Of a stretch of DNA of 38,519 nt, positions 31,156 through 38,519 are shown piece after piece. The stretch is from an uncultured Saprospiraceae bacterium (GTDB taxonomy: Bacteria; Bacteroidota; Bacteroidia; Chitinophagales; Saprospiraceae): positions 1-38,519 of the forward strand of contig CAZDHV010000007.1 in the NCBI GenBank assembly GCA_964505335.1, read 5' to 3'. The notes beneath the pieces are model-generated. The model was not told where the DNA came from. It did not search any database and worked only from the letters and a program-made list of their open reading frames with translations. Numbering within the stretch: position 1 is the first letter of the stretch; the number at the start of each line of letters is the position of its first letter. The translations under genes and the position numbers were made by a program.

Positions 31156-32226
31156 TTGTTGGCTACTCCGAAAATTTCTATTAGAGCAGGTAGGCGCGCT
31201 TTCGAGCTGTTGTCAAATCGTCCTCTTAGCTCAGACCTAGTTGCAGGTGTTGCCGCAGCAGCAGGTGGACCCAAGTGGTTTACTACCTATGGACTGGTCA
31301 GATATATTATCGATGATCTATTAGATGATGATCAAAGTCGGTTTTATATAGGCTCTTCAGTTGGATCATGGCAAATGGCAGCGGCATGTACTGCTGATCC
31401 CGGTGCAGCACTCGATCGACTCAAATGTGCCTATGCTGGTCATATCTTCTCGGTAGACCCCGATGCTCATGACATTTCCAATGCAAGCGTTGAAATCATA
31501 AGACAGATGATAGCCGATCAATCCGATCACATACTTAATAATAAGTCTAAGCACCTCTACGTGACTACCTCCAGAGGTCGTGGGATGTGCAATACGGATC
31601 AGAGATACAAGTTAGTACCAGGATTAGCTTTAGCGGCAATAAGTCATTCGCTCAGAAGGACGTGGCTCCAAGGGTCTATGAGAAGGGAGTTGTTTACTAA
31701 TGGGTCTGTGATACCTTACAATACTCAAAAGGACGATTTAAAGACTGTACTCCGTACCCTCACTGCTGATAATCTTCTTGATGTCATGAGGGCGAGTGGC
31801 GCCATACCACTGATGATGGAGGGTGTATCCATTGCTGGGGCGGGAGATGGCATCTATTGGGATGGCGGCATAGTTGACTATCATATGGCCTTTCCATATG
31901 ATAGAAAAGACGGTAAAATCGTCTTACTGCCTCACTTTATGCATGATGTGTTGGCAGGCTGGTTTGATAAGCATCTACCCATGGCGAGGGGAGCCAAAAA
32001 AGAGTTCATGGCAGACGTAGTTGTTATATATCCTTCTGATGAATATGTTGAATCCCTTCCACGGCAGCAGATATCTACGATGGGCGATTTCGATTATTAT
32101 GGTGATGATGAACAGGCTCGTATCGCCTATTGGAATGAGATATCTCGAAGAAGCCTTGACCTTGGGGCAGAGTTAAAAGAACGTGTCGAATCAGATACCT
32201 TAGGAGAGATTATGAAGCCTTATTAA
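31156..32226 (+). CDS. Patatin-like phospholipase family protein
   Basis: Oxyanion AAGGPKW, nucleophile GSSVG, ASGAIP, catalytic YWDGG. Confidence 0.85.
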   Translation: MLATPKISIRAGRRAFELLSNRPLSSDLVAGVAAAAGGPKWFTTYGLVRYIIDDLLDDDQSRFYIGSSVGSWQMAAACTADPGAALDRLKCAYAGHIFSVDPDAHDISNASVEIIRQMIADQSDHILNNKSKHLYVTTSRGRGMCNTDQRYKLVPGLALAAISHSLRRTWLQGSMRRELFTNGSVIPYNTQKDDLKTVLRTLTADNLLDVMRASGAIPLMMEGVSIAGAGDGIYWDGGIVDYHMAFPYDRKDGKIVLLPHFMHDVLAGWFDKHLPMARGAKKEFMADVVVIYPSDEYVESLPRQQISTMGDFDYYGDDEQARIAYWNEISRRSLDLGAELKERVESDTLGEIMKPY

Positions 32227-32258
32227 AACAAAAAAGCCTGCTATGGTAAGTAGCAGGC
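32225..32258 (-). terminator. Intrinsic terminator for the minus-strand tlpA-metallophosphoesterase-GT2 unit
   Basis: GCCTGCTA-7nt-TAGCAGGC stem, followed on the minus strand by TTTTTTGTTTT. Confidence 0.75.
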
Positions 32259-32397
32259 GTCGTCATCATGAAAAAGGTATAAAATCTTATTGAATTTTAT
32301 ATACTGCAAGTAAAGAATAAACTATTATACCAGCAAGTATAAAACGATGATATTATAGCGCAATTACAAATAATATTGGCGAATCATTCAATTATCG

Positions 32398-33294
32398 TTA
32401 TTTTATATTATTTCGCATATGGTTTGCGAAATAATGTAGCTTGTACATGTCGTACAGGAATAGCTTTGGATTTTCGCCTTTAAGATTGTGTTCAATACGT
32501 GGCATTCGACGATTGAGTACACTGTGACAAGGCTTTAGAAGCCCCCATTTTATGAGTCTTTTGTATACTCGGAGCAGCCTAGTGTCGACGGTTTCGTCCT
32601 TCTGATAGAGTTGCCCGAGATTAACCAAAGCTTCCTTAGTTTCCTCTAGGAAGAGATTCACAGGCTTTAGGCCGGCATGTTTGATTGGATTGTCTATATG
32701 CATGATGGGATGATCCGTACTAACTTGATGGGCCCAATAGATGTCCTCATATCCATAGGTTGTGATAGACTCATCAAATTTATGTTTAGAGGTGACGGTT
32801 CTCGGTACGACAAAATTGTTGGAGTGAAATAATTCTGTAGCTCTTTTGTTTCTGATACTCGCCTTTGGCGATTCTCTCTTGGTCCCATAGCGCCAATGAA
32901 GTTTGTAGGCATCTCTCTTAGGTTCTTTCTTGGCATATGACCGCCCTCCTGAGATTACTGCCTGGGGGTTTTCTTCTATGGCTTGGAGAAACTTTTTGAT
33001 ATACCTCTTAGAGTTGATTTTACTATCCGAATCAATAAATAGAAGGTGTTCAAACCGCGCTAAACTGGCAAGTTTATTTCTAATTTTTGATCGACCACAG
33101 TGATCTGTGAGCTCCACATAATTGACGCCCATGATATGCTGCACAGCTCGATTGATGTCGTGAAATTTTGGTTGAGATACATCGTCGAGACAAATTATTT
33201 CAAACTGACATTTGGCTTTACCACATTGTGCGACGAATTCCTGGACCAGATCTACTATGGATTGATTGTATATAGGAATAAGGATAGAAATCAC
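32398..33294 (-). CDS. Glycosyltransferase family 2
   Basis: ISILIPIYN, EIICLDD, GRSKIRN, LFIDSD (DxD), FDESITTYGYED. Confidence 0.92.
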   Translation of the reverse strand: MISILIPIYNQSIVDLVQEFVAQCGKAKCQFEIICLDDVSQPKFHDINRAVQHIMGVNYVELTDHCGRSKIRNKLASLARFEHLLFIDSDSKINSKRYIKKFLQAIEENPQAVISGGRSYAKKEPKRDAYKLHWRYGTKRESPKASIRNKRATELFHSNNFVVPRTVTSKHKFDESITTYGYEDIYWAHQVSTDHPIMHIDNPIKHAGLKPVNLFLEETKEALVNLGQLYQKDETVDTRLLRVYKRLIKWGLLKPCHSVLNRRMPRIEHNLKGENPKLFLYDMYKLHYFANHMRNNIK

Positions 33295-33806
33295 TTCACA
33301 TCTGTTTTTCCACGCAGTCCGAGCTCTACAGCCTTAAGGTTGGAAATTTCTCCACCATTAATATCAAATTTTAGGAGGGTACGGAATTTATGGAATCCAA
33401 TCACACCGCATGCTCCCGGATTCATATGTAGGAGGTCATGTTTCTGGTCGCGCATTACCTTGAGTATGTGGGAGTGACCGCAGATATAGAGATCTGGCTT
33501 TTCTCTAAGGATTGTTTCCTTGGCTTTCTTGTACAACCTCCCAGGATAACCTCCAATATGAATGATATATACCTTCAGACCATCGACTGTAAAGACTTGT
33601 TCAAGAGGATATTGAGTACGCAGTGGTTTGCCATCAATATTTCCCCACACCATTCTAACTGGAGGGCCGATTTGCTCTATCTGCTCTGCAGTTGCAACAT
33701 CGCCTATATCTCCAGCATGCCAGATTTCATCGGCATCCTTGATATGCTTGATTACGTCACTTCCGAGATAGCTGTGTGTATCAGAAATTAGTGCAATATG
33801 TGGCAC
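33291..33806 (-). CDS. Metallophosphoesterase (YfcE/MJ0936 family)
   Basis: ISDTH, HAGDIG, VWGNID, CGHSH, MNPGA; GTG start. Confidence 0.92.
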   Translation of the reverse strand: MPHIALISDTHSYLGSDVIKHIKDADEIWHAGDIGDVATAEQIEQIGPPVRMVWGNIDGKPLRTQYPLEQVFTVDGLKVYIIHIGGYPGRLYKKAKETILREKPDLYICGHSHILKVMRDQKHDLLHMNPGACGVIGFHKFRTLLKFDINGGEISNLKAVELGLRGKTDVK

Positions 33807-33825
33807 AAGCTTTTAACCTACAATG

Positions 33826-34959
33826 TTATAGGAGAGATTGAACAGCTTGTTCGAGATTTCGTCGAGGATTGACATAAGCAATATTTCCGTCTCTATCTAA
33901 CAAAAATGTCCGTGGTATGCTTCGCACGCCATATGCTGCAGCTGCTGCACTGTCCCATTTACGTAGATCGCTGACATGTGTATCCCACTTGAGATTATCC
34001 TTTGCAATGGCATCGACCCATCGTTTTTTCTGATTTTTCATCTGATTGTCCAGCTGATTCTCAGGAAAACGCTGTTTAGTACGTTCATCCAGCCCATCAA
34101 GAGATACACTAAAAACGGTAAATCCTTGATCCTTATATTTATCATATACTCGCACCACGTTAGGATTTTCTTTTCTACATGGACCACACCAGCTCGCCCA
34201 GAAGTCTAATAGTACAATCTGCCCTTTGAGCTCAGAAAGACTTCTATCAAGGCCTCCTACATCTGGCAGTGTGATTTCAGGTGCGCTTTCACCAACCTTC
34301 ACTTTCTGCGTTGCCGCCTTACGCAGCGCCTCCTTGTGCATAGTCTGGGCAAATGAGTTATACTGAACTGCGAAGTCCTCACCACCATGAGTGCCATTCA
34401 ACTTGTTGCTGACTTGCATGTGAAGATCAGAGAATTCTACACTGCCTCCGAACAACTGTAAGGCCATCATCATCGCTATCGGTCCATCTGCTTCATTAAT
34501 TACATAGTTCTGTAGTGATTGGACATCCGTTTCGCCGGCTACATATGATTTCATCTGATTAACATATGCGCTGCTTGATTCAGAGCCGTCTACGCTATAT
34601 CCAAAGCTTGAGAGGGTATTCAGGTCACCATCAATTTTTATACCTTTCTCTGAGCCGTCTAGTATAAGGTATGCCGATTTAGCACCAACCCTAAGACGAT
34701 AGGTTCCAGCCTCTGGGGCAGCTTCCATCGGTATTGAAAATGAACCTGAACCGTTAGTTTCACCTCTGGCTACCACGCTATTGGCATTTTCAAAGAGATT
34801 CACTTTGTCAAAATATACAGATAGATCCGAGGCGTTAGCTATGTTACCTTTGATCTTATATCCTTCTTCTTCACAGCTGGTAAACAATACAAAAGCACCC
34901 AGAAAGAGAGCAAGTATTGAGGTCATTGTTAATCCGCTGCTGTTGACTTTTATAAGCAT
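33826..34959 (-). CDS. TlpA-family thiol-disulfide oxidoreductase lipoprotein (DUF4369-like N-domain + AhpC/TSA domain)
   Basis: Lipobox FTSC, YKIKGNI N-domain, GESAPEITLPD, LLDFWASWCGPCRKENP, SVSLD, YGVRSIPRTFLLDRDG. Confidence 0.92.
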   Translation of the reverse strand: MLIKVNSSGLTMTSILALFLGAFVLFTSCEEEGYKIKGNIANASDLSVYFDKVNLFENANSVVARGETNGSGSFSIPMEAAPEAGTYRLRVGAKSAYLILDGSEKGIKIDGDLNTLSSFGYSVDGSESSSAYVNQMKSYVAGETDVQSLQNYVINEADGPIAMMMALQLFGGSVEFSDLHMQVSNKLNGTHGGEDFAVQYNSFAQTMHKEALRKAATQKVKVGESAPEITLPDVGGLDRSLSELKGQIVLLDFWASWCGPCRKENPNVVRVYDKYKDQGFTVFSVSLDGLDERTKQRFPENQLDNQMKNQKKRWVDAIAKDNLKWDTHVSDLRKWDSAAAAAYGVRSIPRTFLLDRDGNIAYVNPRRNLEQAVQSLL

Positions 34960-35149
34960 GATTCTTAAGTTTTTCTCTACTAAGAAATAAAGTACAATAT
35001 TATGAAATCTAGAGATATGAATCTATAACTCCATTATGATTGGCATATTGTGAGCATACACACTATGGGTTATCCTTTCTATTAACGCTATCCACCATAA
35101 GATAATTACCCTTTCAAGACGAGTAGAGACATACTATTTTCACTTCGCA

Positions 35150-35398
35150 ATGTTAACTATAACCCAATTTAATAAGGAGTCATTCGACGTCCAGCGTGAG
35201 CAGACTTTCGAGAAAGGATCGTTTTTCGATGTCAATAGCTCTGGTGACCGCTTAATTTCCCTCTATTACTATAACAGTTTCTTGATAGAGGTTTATTTCA
35301 ATCCTTATATAAATGAGGTTGAGCGATTCTATGCGCTCAGTATTTGGGATGCAGCAGACAAGTACATCGATCTCAATCAACTATTTGTTGAGGCCTAA
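35150..35398 (+). CDS. Small hypothetical protein (Bacteroidota-type)
   Basis: 82-aa ORF with AT-rich leader; LYYYNSFLIEVYFNPYINEVERF resembles a recurring small-protein pattern. Confidence 0.6.
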   Translation: MLTITQFNKESFDVQREQTFEKGSFFDVNSSGDRLISLYYYNSFLIEVYFNPYINEVERFYALSIWDAADKYIDLNQLFVEA

Positions 35399-35405
35399 GC
35401 CTCTA

Positions 35406-35999
35406 TTAGATCATTCGATTTACCAAGAAGAAGATTATAAGATAAATCCACAAGGCATCGATAAAGTGCCAATAGATGCTTAATACCATCAATCTGCGCT
35501 TTTTATCGGGATCTGATAAGTAGAGCAGTACGCTTGCTGGCTCAACTAATCTCTTCTTTGCATCTCTTATAAAGAATCCTAAGAACGGAATTCCACCGAT
35601 TACATGAGCAAGGTGTATGGCAGAGATCACATATAGATAGCTCGCCAAGTTGCTGCTGGTCAGTCCGATATTCATTTGTATCATTTGCTTCCATGCAATG
35701 ATCTGAGCGATCAGAAATATCACACTCAAGATCATGGTCGCCCATAACAAGAGCTTATAGCGACTGGTCTGATCATTTTCATATGCCTTCTTGGTTTGTA
35801 TAAGTGTATAACTTGATCCGAGAAGTAGGATCGTATTTGCATAAAATAAGAATGGTATGTCGACAGGAGTCTCGCCATTCTGGACACGAGAGTAGATATA
35901 GGCAAAGCTGAATCCAAGAAATAAGGCAGTGATGCTGGCTAAGACCAATGCGATTTTGATATATAGGGGATGAATCAAAAAATCACGTTCTTTAGCCAT
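35406..35999 (-). CDS. Heme-copper (cytochrome c) oxidase subunit III family protein
   Basis: NTILLLGSSYT, FLIAQIIAW, AIHLAHVIGG, IYWHFIDALWIYL; ATG at 35999 preferred as start. Confidence 0.88.
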   Translation of the reverse strand: MAKERDFLIHPLYIKIALVLASITALFLGFSFAYIYSRVQNGETPVDIPFLFYANTILLLGSSYTLIQTKKAYENDQTSRYKLLLWATMILSVIFLIAQIIAWKQMIQMNIGLTSSNLASYLYVISAIHLAHVIGGIPFLGFFIRDAKKRLVEPASVLLYLSDPDKKRRLMVLSIYWHFIDALWIYLIIFFLVNRMI

Positions 36000-36117
36000 G
36001 GCCTGTTTTTGTTTAAGGTGTGTAACACACACATAAATCATAAAGTTGCCTAATTGTAAAATAGCATAGATCAACTTTGCTTTCTATTCCATAGCTTACG
36101 CTTAATTATAGAATCCT

Positions 36118-36798
36118 ATGGCAAAACACATCTCCCACCAATCGATGACGGTGGCCCGAACTGCTCATTATTCGACCTTTGGTTCGCTGAATAAAAAGAC
36201 GACCAAGTACATATGGATAGTCATGCATGGTTATGGTCAGATAGCGAGCAGAATCATTAACAAGTTTGATAAACTGGACCCCGAGGAACACTTCGTAATA
36301 GCGGTGGAGGGACTAAACAGATTCTATTGGACTGGTGAAGAAAGAGTCCCTGTTGCATGCTGGATGACAAGCAGAGATCGTTATGATGAGATCAATGACT
36401 TCACACGATACTTAGATCAGATCTATCAGAGATATGTGAGTCATGTAAATCAGGATACGGTCGAAGTTATATTGATGGGTTTCTCACAGGGCTGTGCAAC
36501 CATGTGGAGATGGATACACGCTTCCCAGCCTCACTATGACATAGCCATAAACTGGGCGGGCTGGATTCCGGAAGACATCTCATACAGACATCTTGAGGAA
36601 TACCTTGATGATAAGCAGCACCACCTGTGGTATGGGGATGAAGACCATTTCATAACAGATGAGGCCTTAGGAGATATCAAAAAGGTGATCGATGACAATA
36701 ACTTATCCTTGCGAATTGAAAAATTCAAGGGTGGACATAAGATTGTCCGTAGTGAATTCCAGCGATTTGTTGATACCTACATCCTGACAGATTCATAG
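36118..36798 (+). CDS. Alpha/beta hydrolase (phospholipase/carboxylesterase)
   Basis: HGYGQ oxyanion, GFSQG nucleophile elbow, YGDED, FKGGH. Confidence 0.9.
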   Translation: MAKHISHQSMTVARTAHYSTFGSLNKKTTKYIWIVMHGYGQIASRIINKFDKLDPEEHFVIAVEGLNRFYWTGEERVPVACWMTSRDRYDEINDFTRYLDQIYQRYVSHVNQDTVEVILMGFSQGCATMWRWIHASQPHYDIAINWAGWIPEDISYRHLEEYLDDKQHHLWYGDEDHFITDEALGDIKKVIDDNNLSLRIEKFKGGHKIVRSEFQRFVDTYILTDS

Positions 36799-38117
36799 CT
36801 CATTCTAACTGGGGGTATCCCGTCTATGACCTGAAAGTCATGACTTAAGCGGTAACCAACTACCCAGATTATTTGATCTCTCTGTGTCAGGACTTTTACG
36901 TTCTCTTTTTCAAATCGGTTGAGCTTTAAATCACCAAAGAAGTCACTTAGTTTCTTAGTTTGGCCTTTCATGCCAAATGGGCTAAATCGATCTCCTGTTG
37001 ACCAATTCCGTACAACAAGCGGTCCATGTGAGAAGTCGATACTTGCGATCTCGATGTTGCTATCTGATGAATATTGAACATTATCTGCAGGCGACAGTGT
37101 AAGCACGCCCGATCCGAGGTCATAGCTGCCCAAATCTTCTATTAATAGCTCCACCGAATCTACTGTTGAGATAGCTCTGATGAGTAGCTGGTCTTTTTTT
37201 ACCACTGCTTCATGTGTCGCACTATTGAAATAGCGTTCCTCTTCACCCTGTCGCTCAAGTATGAGTTCGGCTTGGCTCTTGTTAAATCCAAAATCTTTAA
37301 TCAAGCAAAACAATAGCAGTCCTGGAGTAGCATGCTCACTTAATAGACTCAATGAATTGATTGCTGTAAATTTTCCATTTTCAGTTACATAGTTTGATCG
37401 CTCTTGCGCCATATAGTAATCTCTAAACCTCTTGTCTTCCTCAAGAAAACTCAAGGTAGTTCGGAGCCCGTTTTTAGATCGAGATATTTCTGAATACAGA
37501 GGATCAAGTATTTCATTTCGAATGAAATTCCTTTCATAGTCAGACCTGAGATTACTTTGGTCCAATCGATAAGGAACTTGGTTCTGCCTGGCATAATCTA
37601 CAATGTCTCCTTTGGCTATACAGAGAAATGGCCTGCGCACATGATCTATTTGGGCATGCATCGCAGTAAGACCAGTGAGATTGGCACCACGAGTCATATT
37701 GATCAGCATCGTCTCAATTTGGTCGTCTCCATGATGTGCGACACAGAGATGATCCAACTGTTGTTCCCTTATTACCTTATTGAAAAAGTCATAACGGATG
37801 TTTCGGGCTTTCTCCTGTAGATTGCCACTTTTGAGGCTGCCAATCTGCGCTGAGGTCAATTCATATACATAACACGAAATGCCCTTAGACTGACAGTAGG
37901 ACTCTACTAATTGTTGATCTTGTTCCGATTCTCCATCTCGCAATCTATAGTTGATATGAGCTACTGATACTTTATAATTGTTGGCGTACAAGAACTGTAG
38001 TAGGCACATAGAGTCAATGCCCCCGCTAACTGCCACGAGCAGCTTGGAAGATTGATCAAAAAGAGATTCTTTTTCGATAAATTTGTGGACCTTATCGGCA
38101 AGTGGCATGGTTGTCAT
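36777..38117 (-). CDS. tilS: tRNA(Ile)-lysidine synthetase
   Basis: AVSGGIDSM PP-loop, AHINYRLR, ARNIRY, AHHGDDQIET, DQSN, RNFIR, C-terminal GDRFSPFGMKGQTKKLSDFF. Start at ATG 38117 or 38108. Confidence 0.97.
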   Translation of the reverse strand: MTTMPLADKVHKFIEKESLFDQSSKLLVAVSGGIDSMCLLQFLYANNYKVSVAHINYRLRDGESEQDQQLVESYCQSKGISCYVYELTSAQIGSLKSGNLQEKARNIRYDFFNKVIREQQLDHLCVAHHGDDQIETMLINMTRGANLTGLTAMHAQIDHVRRPFLCIAKGDIVDYARQNQVPYRLDQSNLRSDYERNFIRNEILDPLYSEISRSKNGLRTTLSFLEEDKRFRDYYMAQERSNYVTENGKFTAINSLSLLSEHATPGLLLFCLIKDFGFNKSQAELILERQGEEERYFNSATHEAVVKKDQLLIRAISTVDSVELLIEDLGSYDLGSGVLTLSPADNVQYSSDSNIEIASIDFSHGPLVVRNWSTGDRFSPFGMKGQTKKLSDFFGDLKLNRFEKENVKVLTQRDQIIWVVGYRLSHDFQVIDGIPPVRMSYESVRM

Positions 38118-38126
38118 CTGTCTTGA

Positions 38127-38134
38127 CAAAAATA
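38127..38134 (-). promoter_or_regulatory. Putative -7 promoter element for tilS
   Basis: Minus strand TATTTTTG matches TAnnTTTG; it overlaps the ORF-track TTG start at 38129, which argues against that start. Confidence 0.55.
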
Positions 38135-38146
38135 GAGATATATCTT

Positions 38147-38519
38147 ATGAGAGCATTCAATTATCTGTTATGCACACTGGTATTAGGTTTATTCATGGCT
38201 TGCGGGTCGGGAGGTAGCTCGGATTCCAAAAACGAATTAGTCATAGATAAGTCCAAATTGCCAGATCAGGTCTTTCCGGCTGAAATTCAGAAGGGCGGCA
38301 GTTTTGAATCCGTACAAGAGATCAGAATGCAGGCGAAAGCCATGATAGAAAGTAGAATAGAAAAGAATCCAGATCCACTGTCTATGGTCACGCATGATTA
38401 TTTTCTTCCAGAGTTTGTGTTGTTTAACCCTCAAGAGATATCGAAGAGTGGGGATTTTCAGGGGCATTGGATAAAGTTTGAAGAGGACTTTACCTACCAG
38501 TATGGCTACTATGAGGCAC
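38147..38519 (+). CDS. Hypothetical lipoprotein, 5' part (runs off the window)
   Basis: ATG 38147 opens MRAFNYLLCTLVLGLFMAC-GSGGSSDSKNEL..., with a lipobox and no stop before the window end. Confidence 0.8.
   Translation, partial: MRAFNYLLCTLVLGLFMACGSGGSSDSKNELVIDKSKLPDQVFPAEIQKGGSFESVQEIRMQAKAMIESRIEKNPDPLSMVTHDYFLPEFVLFNPQEISKSGDFQGHWIKFEEDFTYQYGYYEA

Overview
This is a gene-dense chromosomal window, very probably from a Bacteroidota genome. The evidence is a SusC/SusD pair, a T9SS type-B-CTD protein, DUF2795 and TAnnTTTG promoter elements; a Saprospiraceae-like origin is only a guess. Most genes are housekeeping or metabolic: the trxB 3' end, cmk, queA, glpD-glpK, an acyl-CoA ligase, rdgB, a frameshifted ilvE, tilS, a TlpA thioredoxin, a GT2 and a patatin. 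I see no integrase, transposase, CRISPR array, rRNA or tRNA. Five things stand out. (1) A cyclic-nucleotide-binding domain is fused to a Schlafen/AlbA_2 domain with apparently intact catalytic acidic residues, 9 bp downstream of a DedA gene (20958-22451); it is a candidate cNMP-gated RNase or defence effector. (2) A second, headless copy of the last 73 codons of an ABC permease (11225-11443) differs mostly at synonymous sites, and two GTAG-N7-CTAC hairpins lie between it and the gene. (3) Two tandem secreted paralogs consist only of a LEGAYD...HRNHL...dockerin-like module. (4) A YncD/PqqU-like TonB receptor is coupled to a cytochrome c lipoprotein. (5) ilvE carries a single-base frameshift. 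All family calls come from motif recognition by eye, not from database searches.
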